The notes beneath the pieces are model-generated. The model made no database searches. It saw only the letters and a list, made by a program, of their open reading frames with translations, and had not been told where the DNA came from. 64,000 nucleotides of DNA from Blasia pusilla (lineage: Eukaryota), in NCBI GenBank assembly GCA_050084515.1, contig CM114271.1, forward strand, positions 30,628,001 to 30,692,000. The letters are read 5' to 3'. Positions 25,101-38,691 of this stretch are shown one piece after another. The position numbers were made by a program, and so were the translations under genes. Position 1 is the first letter of the stretch, and every line of letters starts with the position of its first letter.

Positions 25101-27492
25101 GAGACATGAGGAAGGATTTTTCTGTGTACAGAGGCAAGATGGATGTCAAACGCCTCAATGAGTGGGTGACTAAGGGTGAGCACATTTTTTGGATCCACCA
25201 AGTTCCAAAAGCTAGGTGGGGAGTCGAGGCCTTTTTGAAGCTAGAGGCATATGCACTTACATGGTATCAAGAATTTTGTAAGGACCATTATACCATGAAG
25301 CCAGATTAGGGGGTGCTCACCTTGAAAATGAGGTGTTTGGCCCCACAGAATCAAGTGATCCAAGACAAGATTCGATTGTGACAAATGCAGTCAAGAAGCT
25401 TGATCATAAGCTTCATTACTCAGTTCCAAGAATCGTTGATGGTGATTGATGATATGTCACATGCCAACCAAGTCTTCAATTTATGGAGGCAATGCCTCCC
25501 AAGTGAAACAGAAAATGAGGGAGAAAAGTGCAACATCTACATTTAAGTTTGGGAAGTTGAAGGCAGCCATTGATAGGGCTACTCAATTGATGGCAAGCAA
25601 TTTGAGTCTCAAGAAGTGAAGAAGGTGGTCCCCATTATGAAGGCAAGGATACCATTCAAAAAACAAGAGGAAACCCAAAGAGAAAAGGCCACAAGTGGGG
25701 TTAGAACCCAAAAGGTTCAAACCTTAACCAATACAAAGTTCCAAGCATGGGGCCACCTTCAGTGAACCGCGCACTAGAGGGTGTTATGTGTGCAATGACC
25801 CGAGATATTTCAAGGAACAGTGACCGAATGTGAAAGGGGCAAACACGAAGAAGATCAGACCTGTGCCATAATGAGCACAAGAAATCATCAAGGGCAAGAA
25901 CGTTGACCAAGTAAGGGAGACAACCGCCTTGACGTTTAGCATGATTGATTGGGAGCCTTTAGAGAATGAGTTGAGTGAAGGTTATGAGCCTCCAAAGGAT
26001 TTGCATCAAGATGCTAGTGAATGCCAATTTCTAGTTGAGGTACTGATTGTAGGGAAATTTATGGTTATGTTTATTGACACAGGGGTGAGGTGACTTGCAC
26101 CTTTCCAGATCCAAAGGCGGTGGAGAGGTTGGGAGTGCCAATAATCAACATCGACCAAACCCAAGTTGTGATCTATAAGGATGGACACTCGAGCAATACC
26201 TCCTCACAAACATTGAACATAAAGATGGTAATTCCAAGAGACAAGACTAAGTTTAGCACCAAGGAAATTTTCTAGATATGATTTTATCACTTGGGTTTTT
26301 GGGTAGACATGCTATAGGTATTAAATCAGCCAAAGGCAAAGTAGAGGTTCTTCTTGCTGATGGAAATATCATGATGATTCTTGAGATTCAAAGAGCAAAT
26401 TTTCATCCTCAAATTTTGAGGGTTAATCAAGTAAAGCATGTTGCTCAATTGATTTTGGCCAAGCAAATTGTAAAGGATCTCAAGGGTGGGTTCCAATGTT
26501 GGGGAGTCACACTGAAATTTGTGGAGTCTGAATGTTGAACCACTTAAGAAGGAACTAAAAACAAACATTTTGCCTACAATGAGGAAAATCTTGGTAGGAT
26601 TCACGAATGTCTTAACGTGGGAATTTCCGAAAGGGTTGTCGCCTAGACAAAACGTGGATCATAAGATCAAACTCAAACCCAAACTATCCCCGATGGCAAG
26701 GAACACTTGGAGGATGACTCCCCAAGAAAGGAAACTCTTATATGAGCACATCAAGGTATTGGAGGAATGCGGGTTCATTTGCGCGAGCAAGTCGCTGTTT
26801 GGAGCCTCTTCCCTTCTCATCTCAAAGAAGGATGGGTCTATTCACTTGTGCGTGGATTATAGGGTATTTAAAAAAATGACCATCAAGGACAAGTATTCAT
26901 TGCCTTTGGCAAATGACTTGTTTGATGAAGTGGCAAGGTCCAAGAATTTTACCAAGATTGACGTAAAGGAAAGGGTATTACCAATTCTGAAGCATTGAAG
27001 AGGATGAACATAAGACCATGATGAGGACCAGATTAAGAACCTATGAGATCCTAGTGATGCTATTTAGACAAACTAGTGCCGCATCTTAGGATTTTATCTC
27101 TTAGGATCCATTAGATAGAGGGGTAATTTTGTCTCTTAGGATCCGTTAGATAGAGGGGTAATGGTGTTCTCCGATAATATCCTCATATATTCAGTGATTC
27201 AAGAGGAACACAAGGTTCTACTTAAAGAAGTCTTGGGATGTTTGAGGATGAACAATTTTTTTGCAAAACCTTCTAAATGTTGCTTCATAATCCAAGAAGT
27301 GGAATTATTGGGGCACACGTTCACAATGGAAGACAAACAATCCAATTGTGATATGCTAGAGGCTATCAAGTATTGTCAACACCAAAGAATTTGACCGAGA
27401 TATGATGATGTGTTGGATTTGTAACCTTCTATAGTCTATGAAGAGATATCCAAGATTATCCAAGGTTGCTAGACTAATCTACGACTTCACGC

Positions 27493-27933
27493 CAAGGTTG
27501 CGCACGGAAATTTTTTTGTATGTGCGGACATGTCTGTCCTATGGATGGACATGTTTGTGCGTGCTCGCAGCCGCGGTTGGTCCTCCCGCAATGTAGAGTG
27601 GGGCTTAACTAGTGTACACCCAATCTAGTGACCCGTCGCCCGTTCTTGCCACCCATTTTATAGCCCACATGTACACCAAGCCCATAGAGGTCCGCATCAA
27701 GCCTGCTTGGTCCATACCATCCCGCAATAGGTCTGTGCAGGACCTGCATTGGCCCACGGTAGGCTCGTAGAGCTGGCGAGGGCTCGTAGTCCGCACCCGT
27801 TCTCATGTTCCAAGCCCCCATAGGCAACCGAGGTACCAAAAACACCTAGGTAGATGACTGATTGGGTATATATGGGGACATGTGTGGACTTGTTCATCCC
27901 ATGGACGGACAAGCTTGTTTCTATGCAGCCTTA
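27493..27933. mobile_element. hAT-like MITE (441 bp) inserted in Gypsy relic
   Basis: Ends CAAGGTTGCGCACGG / CTATGCAGCCTTA, with a degenerate 8-bp TSD CTTCACGC / CTTGAGGC. Confidence 0.65.
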
Positions 27934-28195
27934 CTTGAGGCATAAAGCAATGATGTTTCAACTTTCAATGGTCTAAGGAATGTTAGGAGGAAGTTGAACA
28001 ACTAAAATTTCTAGTAAGAGACCCCTATATATGTACTAAAGTTTCAAAAAATTGGGATGCCATTCAAACTTTGTGATTGGAGGAGTATTGAACCAAATGG
28101 GTCAACCAGTTTCTTATGAGTCGACCAAGTTAGAAAATTTTTGGGGGATCCACTTATGATAGGGAGATATATGCAAGGTTTAGGGTTTAGGGCAC

Positions 28196-28239
28196 ATTTT
28201 GAATCAAGTCGATGTGGCCACATTGACTTGATTCAAAAT
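28196..28239. repeat. 44-bp near-perfect palindrome
   Basis: ATTTTGAATCAAGTCGATGTGG|CCACATTGACTTGATTCAAAAT, with 1 mismatch. Confidence 0.9.
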
Positions 28240-30700
28240 CACAACCCAATCTCGACGAAGATCAAGAGTGGAGTATAACCTAGGAGGAGGAAGTTCAAAG
28301 ATCTTAAGAACTTTCACAAACCCCAACATAAATGGCATTTTTCAAAACTTGAGAAGATGAGAACAAATTGAACCTTGTGATAATACTTTGCAAAACTTTG
28401 AACAATCCTCTATTTTCTCTCTTCATGTTTTATGATTCATGCATCAACGTGGGGCATGTTACTTTGGTTGATGGTTGAGGTGCTTAAATGTCTCCCCATA
28501 ACCAAGTCTTCGTCTCCAGTTATTTCCACAAGTACACGACACGCTTCCAAAAGTACACGGCAGCCTCGACCGGTTCCTCCTCAAAACCAGCCCCGAGTTT
28601 TACTTGTCCGGGTGCTAGTTATTATGACACGGTTACTTACTTTGTACGAACTCCTACATTGGAGACTTTAGATCCTATGAAGTCATGATACTAACACGAT
28701 ACACCTTAGTATCCAACTGGCATCCTATAATTTTCTGTACAAAAGGTGGTAATACTTGTGACTTCTAATACTTGTTAGTTTTGTTAACATCTTTTAGATT
28801 TCGAGTCATTTTTGCATTTTCATTGTTGGGTAGCTGGAGCTTCGACTCTACAACGTTTTAACGTGGAGAATGAAAGTACCTGGAAACTTTATCATAGGGG
28901 AAATGCAAATTACATAACATGCGTGTAACTTGGGAGTTGGGGGAGGCATGCTTGGATTCGAGACATGCTTTATACCTTGGAGAGAGTGGAAATTGACTCT
29001 AATTTAGTTTAGGAAGTGAGACACTAACTCTCGGGAATCAAGTGGTATAACAAGATCCTGAATAGGTTGTAGAAAAAAGAATTACTTCCATCGGAGGTTT
29101 TGGAGATTTCACCGGTTCGTCACGTGTGTTTCCTATTCTTATCTCTTACAATGGGAGTTAACGCACGCTCCGCTCCTTTGGAACGTCTGAATATATATAA
29201 ATTAGCCACACTTCTAGCTTCTACGGTCGTTCATTGATTGGTTTGACTTACAGGTTCATAGTTGTTTTGAAGTCAAACACAAAGTTTTTTTTTAGGGTGT
29301 TCATTTTATTTTATTTATAATTGATTGGAGCTTTCTAGTTTCTCCTCTCCATCTCTTTTGTCATGCCCACCGTGTTTGCCAAACGAGACGTGCTCTTCAC
29401 TCTCTTTTCATTTGATAGTGGTAACGGATAGTTGAAAACCTTATATTATCTAAAATCGATTTTGGTATGGGTGTCTACTCCATGACAGCACCCCAAAGTC
29501 AATGTTTCCATAGGACACATTGGTCAAGAGAGGTGCCAAGTTAGAGACCCTTTACGTTATTATTCTTGAGTTTTTCTCTTGCATTAGTCACAAAACTCCC
29601 TTTTTGTGTAATGAATTCAAAATATGTTCAATAATCCCTTTTTCCACCCCTACTAAATATGAGTAAATCAGGTTTTATAAATATTTTCTGCCACCTTTAA
29701 TTCGTGGCTTTCACTGTAAAGCCAGACCGAGTCATGAGATGTGCACCATGTCCGCCAAGATGAGCTGGCCCAATACACGTCCTCCAGTGGTACGACATTT
29801 TACCATAGATCGTTCTCCAAATTTAGAGTTGTATCAACGAACGATTGATCATTGTAAATCGTCTTGTAGATCATGTGTACCTGCACATGGAGCTACATAC
29901 AATGTCACGTACACTTGGGGATACTCAAACCAGGCTTACAGAAACTCGGCACGTGGATAGAACTTCCCGGGTCCCAGGAGCATTCGACGGGGGAGAAATG
30001 CACATATAAGAAGGTCACGGGATCGAAGTCACGGGGTCCGACGGATGGGTTTCTGAATCTTGAAAGTAAACGGTACGGATCACAGATTCTGACAGTACCC
30101 GTCCGACCCCCTATCCATGAAACAGCAAGGTATCTCTAACTCACACTGATGAGCTAAATAATTGTCGAGGACAGCTTTGTGGATCGGCACTCTATGAGCT
30201 TGAAATGGTTTTTTTGTTCGTGTATTGGTCATGAAAGAGAATCATGTTGTGGGTGGCTCAGATCCGTGACAAAAACTTGACGCTTCGCATTTACTCGGGT
30301 CTCGCAGATTCATGGTGAGGACCACTTCGAATCGCAATGAGTCTGTCCTCGCGGGTATGGCTGGCTGATTTCTCCCGTGATCAGCGGCTGAATTCTGATT
30401 TGGAGTTTCTTCGTGGATTTGCTTCGACAGTCAATTGCAAATCAGGGCATCCATCTTTCGAGAATCCACGAGGTGAGCTAGATTGTGAAAATCTGAAATT
30501 ACACGAAACCTCTATCGTCTCTCTCGCTCTGTGGTCTGCCACAAATCTTTCCATCGTGGTAAGCAGGAGGACACATCAGTGATCATATAAACTGTGTGAA
30601 GAAGGGGTTTGAGCCGACTTCGTGGTCGGCATACTACAACATCCCAGACACTACGCGGGAAAAAATAACCCGGAGAGTTGGCGACTGGTGGAAAGTGACG

Positions 30701-32383
30701 ATGGGTGAGGCTCCAAACGTAGTTCTGCCGCCGGAGCACAACGAGGCAAAGGCAGCAGCCGCCGTGGAGGTTGACGCAGCGGACAGTGGCCCGCATCAGG
30801 TTTCTTCTAAATATGGGAATTCGAAGGCAATGACGACTCGCAGTCCGAGACCTACAAATGTGGTACATGAAAAAGCCATCCCAAGTGAATCAGACGAAGA
30901 GTCGGACGGTGATGACAGCAGCTCTTGGACAGCTCCAGCGACGACGCCGAGAACCACAGGAAGGAAGCCGGAGGAGAGAAGCGACTACGACACTGATACA
31001 GATCTAGAGTCCCTATTCAACAACGCAGGGGCAGGCGCCTTTACGACCAAGCAGGGGATTCATGAAAGCGCATCCACGACTTCTACCCATGGCATGCCAA
31101 CGGGTCCGAACACTGTCATCGCCGACGACAAGACACAGAGCAAATTACCACGACGGAGGTGGAGGGATGCGAAGCGTGGCCGGGTAATAGACTACGACGA
31201 CAGTGATTATAGTTCTGGAGATTGTGAGGACGTGACAGCACAAGGAGCTTCCGGTGCAGTGGATTTTTGGTCTGGCTCAAGTCCCATGAAATCCAGAACT
31301 TCTCGACGTCGAGACCGCTTAGAGGAATGGAATGACCGGGGCTCTTCAAGTGATGAGAATGGTGGCAGCGATGACGACATGCGTACGGATTCCTATTTGG
31401 CGAAGTCAGCCGGGAAAATTCCCAGTTTTGCGTCTAGTAAGTCTTCGGTGAGCAGGAATCAATATTATTGGAGGGATGACACCGACATTCTGAGGTCCAA
31501 AGTTTCAGGTAATCACGGAGAAGTTGGCTCTCGTTCTCTGAGGTTGGATTCGGATTTCAGAAGTAAGCATCTTGAAGCAGATAACTTGCCAAAAGCACTA
31601 AATTTCAAGGAGCTTCAACCTCAACCTAGGAAGAGGAACCATGGGAGCAGTGCTTCCTTCTCAGGTGTTTCCGGTTCCCACTTGCGGGGTAAGACAGAGA
31701 AGATATTTCACTCGTTCCAGAAATTTGGGAGTGGATCGGACGAAGAGGAGAGCAAGACAATCGCCGTGAGGAATCTGGCGTCGACAGTGACGGAGGAGAC
31801 TCTCCGCGAGTTCTTCGGTGGGGTGGGAGCTGTGGTGAACGTACAGAGGCGGTTTGGATCTGCCAATTGTGCCTACGTAGAGTTCAAATCCACCGCTGCC
31901 GCGAAGAAGGCGGTGCAAAAGAATGGCACCAAGCTGCATGAGAGAGTTATCATTTGTGATCTTGCTCAAAAGAACTCTACATTCCGACCAAAAAGTGCAG
32001 AGCCACCTTCCGAACTTGCCCAGGAGCCCAGCGAGGCTCCCCTATCCGCTCTCGACTATCTTGCGACACTCATAAAGTTGGATGTACCTGGAGATTCGAA
32101 AGGCAGGGATCGAATCGAAATGGCGACACGTTCCATCAGATTGAAAGGTCCGGCGAGAGATTACGGAAGCACTCATGTTTCATCGGGCTCCTGGAACTGC
32201 AATATTGACCGACAGGTTCAGCCACTGGATGATTCACCCGGAGATTCACAACCTACGACGAGAAGAGGAAGTCTTCGAGGGCTCAGAAAGTTGTCGCGGT
32301 CTTGGGGCAAATTCCGACGGAAATGCACGGGCCGGTGGAACAGCTGTAAGAACTGGTGGCCATGGACCAAGCGGGCCCGATGA
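30701..32383 (+). CDS. Single-RRM RNA-binding protein with long acidic/Ser-rich N-terminus (nucleolin-like RRM); start uncertain
   Basis: Frame is open from 30596 with the first ATG at 30701. RRM at about 31757-31966: TIAVRNLASTVTEETLREFF...CAYVEFKSTAAAKKAVQKNGTKLHERVIICDLA. Confidence 0.75.
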   Translation: MGEAPNVVLPPEHNEAKAAAAVEVDAADSGPHQVSSKYGNSKAMTTRSPRPTNVVHEKAIPSESDEESDGDDSSSWTAPATTPRTTGRKPEERSDYDTDTDLESLFNNAGAGAFTTKQGIHESASTTSTHGMPTGPNTVIADDKTQSKLPRRRWRDAKRGRVIDYDDSDYSSGDCEDVTAQGASGAVDFWSGSSPMKSRTSRRRDRLEEWNDRGSSSDENGGSDDDMRTDSYLAKSAGKIPSFASSKSSVSRNQYYWRDDTDILRSKVSGNHGEVGSRSLRLDSDFRSKHLEADNLPKALNFKELQPQPRKRNHGSSASFSGVSGSHLRGKTEKIFHSFQKFGSGSDEEESKTIAVRNLASTVTEETLREFFGGVGAVVNVQRRFGSANCAYVEFKSTAAAKKAVQKNGTKLHERVIICDLAQKNSTFRPKSAEPPSELAQEPSEAPLSALDYLATLIKLDVPGDSKGRDRIEMATRSIRLKGPARDYGSTHVSSGSWNCNIDRQVQPLDDSPGDSQPTTRRGSLRGLRKLSRSWGKFRRKCTGRWNSCKNWWPWTKRAR

Positions 32384-35300
32384 CAACGGAGGCCGTTTGT
32401 CAATCTCTCCTCTCATTTCAGCCGAGACAACCCAAGGCGCTCCACAGTTCACAGTACGGATCAAGAGTTCAAGGCTGAGTCCAAACCGTAAGGATCTTCT
32501 CTATCACTATCTTCTGGTTCCTCTTCCTTCGACTATGCTCACTGCAATCATTCCCAAATTTGCTAGCGTCTCGCAACGTCCTCGTCATGATCACGGTTCA
32601 CACACGGAGCCGCCCCGTTCAAAATCATAAATTTTGTCCTCGAGAAGTGACCATCATTTTGTCTCTTCTCGTAATTTGTTTTCCTCTGTGAATTTCAAAG
32701 CTTCTTCATAAAATCAAAACTGATGGACCGGAGCGGAGCGCAAAAGACGACATCTACCTTGCGGTTTTGCTAGTACCTGATTGCCTTGAAGGAGGCATAC
32801 AGGCGATTTGGTAGACTTCTAGTGTAGATCACAAGAGATCATCTCTACTCGGCAGTCTCTTTCCAACTCGGTCGATTTCATACACCGTTTCATGGAAGGG
32901 AACACTACATACGAACGTCGACGATGCTCAAAAGTTGGTAGGTCTCTCATCATGGCGAGACCCAGGCTGTCCCAACATGGAAAGGGTACGGATGCCCATT
33001 ACCTAGCTTGCAAAACCTTGAAAATGTACAAATCAAGATTCAGAGACTTCAGATCTAAGTTCGTTCATGGCCGAACCCGTTCTATATGAGTAGATCTATG
33101 ACAAGCTTGGTATGGGATACGATGCTTGAAGCAGTGCCTTCCAATCGTCAAATATGACAGAAGGAGAACCTAGATTTGTGTCACGAGATGAATGGGAAGG
33201 ATATGGCTCTGAAGAAGGTGAGGTTCTATCCCGGTCCATGTAAATCTAGAAACTGGTTTGTATACTTGGATTAATGTCAGCGTTTGTGAAGGTTCGTTAG
33301 TTAGAGAAAATTAAAGTGTTGGCACTCAGCTCATTGGGTACCAAATTGCAATTGGAAGATCCAGAGTCTACGTCGCATGGACTTCCGCAGTAAGTAAGAC
33401 GAGAGACTCAAATCTCTCTTCTTGGTTACATTTCAGGGGATCAAACATGTGTTTTTACGTAAACTCCTTCGATCAATTACTTCTCGAGAAGTCTCTTTCT
33501 ATTTTCTTCAGACGAAATTATAAACTGGGCAGTCTACGTCTCCTATGTTGACTCGTTCGTGCACTTCGTAAGAATCGAAAAACTTTTGGAATGCGACTGT
33601 AAAATGTTGTTTAATTGATGAATCGTAGCTCATACTCGTTTAAATAATGAGCACCAAGTTCGAGGCCCTCACTTGCGAATTGGAGGTCATAGTCATGTAA
33701 TATTGTATGGTGAGCACCGACCACTTGACATGTGCCATCCAGGCAGGTCTTAAAATTCTATTTGAAGACGAATGTCATCATGGAATTCAATGAGAACTAG
33801 CTCATGGAATCAAATCAAAATTTTTAATTTTTAATGAGTGAATATGATAATTGGTGCAAGGGGTAGTGATCCTGATAACCATCATTAAAAACTACAAAGT
33901 CAAACAAGTTTCGCACTAAAAGTTCATAAACCTAATCGTAAGTTCGTAAAACTGACTTGAATACACTTCTTAATACACTGACACCTAAACTAAGCGGTTG
34001 TAGCTAACCCGCAAAGCACTCGCAACTGCAAATCCAAGAACTCTCAAGGAAGCACATTTGCTCGTAGGCTTGCACCATTCCATCAAAGTCCTAAACAAGA
34101 AACACATTCGAGTCAGCGAGCGGAATGCAAGCAGCGAAAGCACGTCCTCGCAATTTTTGCAAGTGTGGTATGGTTGCTTATACATTTAGGAGAAAAATTT
34201 CCCAGATGTAGGAGTAAAAATTTCTGTAATCTACTTGAGCTTCGGTCTGTGTGCAGTCGGTAGAGTTCCTAAATGTGTCAAGACTATGGAAAAACGCTGA
34301 GCGTGCTTGAAGTCTAGTGGGTCAGTATTACGAACAGGTGTGCGCACACAATGGCAGATGACTCACAAACATCGACCATTAGCCTGCTAGAGAAAGATCA
34401 TGACCTAAGAGCATATGGAGGATGGGATTCTTAGGACATGCACGCATTTGTTGTGAATTCGTTTATTCCCATGGTGCTATTTTGGACCCTCGTGAACTAT
34501 CAATTTCATTAATTCTGTCTCCCTCTCACTTCTCTATGAGTAAAGTCTCTCACACATATGATACCTTCTTCACTTCCTCGCACCCATTCAAGTCTATATC
34601 GCACCGTCCAACCAGGGAGCGGGTTATCTGGGAGTATGATCAGTTCTCTCTTTCCACGAACACGTTGTTTCGTCAGCACTCACACTATAGGAGAGTGTCT
34701 CCCTCCTCTCATATGGTACCTTCTTCACTTCTTCCTCTCTCTGCACCCATTCCAGTCCCAAGCACTGCCCAACCAGGGGTCTATAGTCGCAAGGATACGA
34801 CAGGCACTACTCAATGAGTACAGTCTCTCTCTCTCTCGGTGTGCGCGTCTAATCATGCGCGAAACGAAAACATAGAAGGGTGGCATCTATGCTGCCGAGT
34901 CTCCTCCGCTGCGACGTTCTCCGCTCTTCGTGTGCACCAAAAGTGGAGTATCACGATCGTCGCGTATTCTGCGCTGCGACGGTTTTCACGTCTGATTCAC
35001 ATCGTTCGACAACAGTGTCCGTCGGTGCTTCAACAAAAGAATATCTGTCTTCTCCGTCATCAGCTGCACCTATCGCTCTCTACCCTTCCTTTGCTCTTAC
35101 GAGCTCCGACGCCTTCTCTGGTTTCGTTTGGCGCAGCCAATGCTGCGCCTACCTTGCTTCATTGCAAGCCGCAGGCCAGCGAACCTGTCGTCTCGCCTTA
35201 CATGACGAATGTACCCTTTACCTGTCAATCCTTCCACCGAATCCAACTTCTACACCGTGTTGTGGGCTCTTTCATTTCGGCTTCTCACAGCCATTGCCCT

Positions 35301-36922
35301 GGAGTTTTCTAATACCCCATTTCATAATTTGTATGGCCCCACACTAGTTTATACGTCGTATTGAAAAGGTACAACTTACACTAAGTCGACAAGAAATACG
35401 GAAAGAAGAATGAAAACACAATGAGAAGAAAGGCTAGAATCCTTATGCGCCGAAGACGTGATTTCTGTGTAGTAGGCGGTCTTTTGCTTTTTCTGTGTCT
35501 AGGCTGCACCAGCCTATCACTACCATTTCTTTCCAATTCTTCATCTCTAAGTTTCACTCTCAGCAGAGTTACCTTATCATGTGAATCATGCAGTAGGGAA
35601 GAAAAACCCTTCTCATCACTGATTTCTTATCAGATGACTCATGCACAAGGGAAGGAAGGCTACTATGACGTATGAAAGCCGACGACTCCACATTAACCAA
35701 TTCTGCAAAGGTAATGTCAGGTCACTACCCCTCCTCAAAAAAAAAAAAGGAGCTCTTAATGTAATTCCGTGTGAGGCACCACGTGCATACTAAAAATGTC
35801 GTCAGATCTAAAATCTATCGGACTTTCTTCACAAGTGAACACTGAACAGGGTTGAGCATGCCCTTCGCACTGAGCAACTTGAACCGTGAGATGCGGAATC
35901 TGACGGACAGCAGCATTCTACTGATGGATGGGGAGACATCCATAGAACGAACTATTCTCGGGACAAGGCTTGCCGATTTGAGCTCTTGCTGTCGTGGTAG
36001 AACAGTTGCGCAGATTCTCATGAATTTGATGATTTTCCATTCGATGATCTCATTTCAAAACCGGGGAAACCGTGGCCGCCCGAAGATCTAGAAAGGAATG
36101 ATTTCTCAGGCAAAAGAGAGGAAACTTGCGAAGACTTTCGATCGAGGAATGCTAGCTGGCAATTCAAGTTTGTCGAAGTCGACTTGTCTGGCAGGCAGGG
36201 CTCCGGGAGAAAGAAATTCTGTGACAATGCCATGACCTAGCGGACGCTGAAGGCACAATATCTGTAGATGTAGATTGGAGGGAGAAGATAGGACAGGGCT
36301 AGGTATATCAGTGCGTTTGTGGAGGTGCTCAACGCTACAGAACAGGTTTGGGATCCCGTGCACTCCCCTTAGAGAATAGCTCGCAATTTAGAAACCACAT
36401 TGAGTTAAATCTGATGGAGATAGGGTTGCTCTAGTGGACTACAGACGAGGGGATGTTATGTATTGCTGCAGAGTCCCTTGCAGGCGACGGTTTGTTTCAA
36501 GTCGGAATTTCTGGGATATTAGTTGAGGCTTTAATGAGAGTGCCAGACTGCGTGTGACCCGTGCGAGCAGATCTCTAGCTCCTCGGGCAGAGGAGTCTCG
36601 TTTTCTCTCTATATGTGAGGTGGTCCTTCGAGATTTTCTCAGGGAAAAAGGTGTATAACTGGACCACCAATTGTCTTATCGATTTGATCGTCGATGTCTC
36701 TCCAGGTTCGAGGAAGCCATCAACGAAGATGGTGTAAATTGTTGTCCATACTTACCCAATCAACGTATTTTCATGGGGAGCATTCTAATCGAGTACAGGG
36801 ATCTCGAAGGACCTTGCTGATTTTGAAAACGTGCCCGCACTGTTCGCTACATTTTTGTCCATCCGATCGGAAGTCTAAGCCGAAAGGAAGTGCGAAATTG
36901 CCTTGTGAGATTCCTGATCGAC

Positions 36923-38691
36923 ATGGCGTGGCATCAAAGCCTGACGCCAGAAATAAGAGAAGAGACGATACAGCGAATGTAAGTTCTCCTCATGATCACC
37001 AGTTTCAATCTCTTTCGTATACGTATGTCCAGGACTTGTATACGTAAAGGTCTACCTCACTGTCTCCGACACAATGTGCCATTGACTCATCGCCTAACAC
37101 GTTTACTGTAGTACTCCACCCTATTGCGAGTGTATCCGTATGCTAATTCAAGAGATGTCCTTGACAAAATCTGAAAGCTGAATTGTTTTCAAGCTTGGCC
37201 AGAACAATCCTGAAAGGTGAATTGCTTTCAGTTGTGATTGTCTCGCTTTACTTCATAATTTCGTTCACATTTAATTTATCTGATGGATAGCGCTCCTGAA
37301 CAATGATCAAAGAGGTTCTCAGTTTCCAGAGGAATTGGCTAACAGATTTCAATTGTGGAGCTCAATTCCACAAAGTCACGACTAGAATTTACCAAGTACT
37401 TCAAGATTCAGTAATTAATGAATTGAGAGACTTGTGATGGATGCCTGCAGACTCTCGACTCTCGAAAGTCACGTATCTGTGGAAGGACTCCCCGAAGATA
37501 CACTTCTGAGGTTTTCCAAGAACTTTGAACAACATTGCTTCGAGACTGCAAAGGATCTGGTGAGCACGTACGACAGCTGTGTGATCGTTCCTCAGTTACA
37601 GCCAGCGCGTCTGGAGATTCTGATAAGTTCACTCAATTGCATGCTACCTAAATAATGGTTGACAGACCGGGTCACATGGTTTGCACAGCTCTAGAGCCTA
37701 TAAACTCTCGTACCTGTAACTCTTTCAATCTACCTTTCTCGTCTAGAGTGCTTTCGATCGCTGGACTGGTTTAAACGAGGTTGATCAGGGTTCAGAGATT
37801 AAAATGCACAAGCTGAACGACTTTCTTAAAGCTCGAGCGCCAGGTTTGTCTCAAGTCATTACTATCTACTACCTAGATCATGCATATTACAAAATGCACA
37901 TAATTGGGATCATGAAAGCTTTAGAGATTCGCCGAAGCTTGTACAAGATTGAGCATCAAAATTTTATGTCTCAAGGTATCAGAAACCTCCAATCTCTGAC
38001 GTTGGTGGTCAAACTTGCAGATAGAATATGATCGGAAAGTCACATCGGAAATTGAATCAATGGAGAACCACATTCAACAATGCGAGGAACAGCCTTTCCA
38101 GGCTAGAAAATACGTAGGGTTCCTCGGTTCTATTAAAATGTCGTACTCTTCAAGAACAGGTTCGCAAAAGTTGGAAACTCTGTCAGCCCTTTCTCCTTGA
38201 TACTTGCATTCATGACTTACTAGCAACAAATCTTATCTGATTTCCAATCAATAAAGCTCCTCACGATACGTATGGAAGGTTGATATGCCTACCTGCAGAA
38301 CTCCTTTTCATTCGCTATACTGATGGCACACATATCGTTTTGTCTCGCAGTGACTGTCCCTGCTCCTCAAGGTCGGAGAGCTCAGGATTATGATCCGGAC
38401 GCTGTAACAATGGAACGGTCGGCACTAAATGTCCTCAGGAGGAAGGGGATTTTCAAAGACAGGGTATCTACTATACTTGAGAAAACCAAACTTCTTAGGG
38501 CTGTAAGTGGCGGGTCGGGACCTGGTAAGCAAACTGGTTCAGTTGCCCAGCCTCACAACGCGGTCAAGAAATTACCCAGTGCAACTGCGATAGCAAGTGC
38601 CGCGTCTATTCTACTCGCAAAGAAACGTTCTGGAAAACTGGAAGCCGATCATGGTGTTTCTCCGCAGCAGACCACACGAACTGTGAACTGA
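36923..38691 (+). CDS. KIX-domain protein (MED15-type KIX), spliced
   Basis: Exons 36923-36978, 37451-37559 and 38021-(38113 or 38159) have GT-AG introns in matching phase. They give MAWHQSLTPEIREETIQRILSTLESHVSVEGLPEDTLLRFSKNFEQHCFETAKDLIEYDRKVTSEIESME, which resembles the plant MED15 KIX pattern. The last exon ends at 38691. Confidence 0.65.

Larger units (their letters stand above)
24290..28400 (+). mobile_element. Heavily decayed Ty3/Gypsy internal region (gag-PR-RT-RH); probable LTR upstream
   Basis: gag (KLEAYALTWY), MFIDTG protease site (about 26067), RT KKDGSIHLCVDYR...KDKYSLP...VFSDNILIYS, and RNase H VIGGVLNQMGQPVSYES. No methyltransferase between PR and RT. Confidence 0.85.

Noticed and set aside
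30032-30110. Imperfect inverted repeat upstream of the RRM gene
   Set aside because: Pairing is too interrupted to call a MITE or pre-miRNA by eye.
34422-36363. Several 70-157 aa ORFs and splice-like signals
   Set aside because: No consistent exon chain or domain could be assembled; probably UTR or intergenic sequence.
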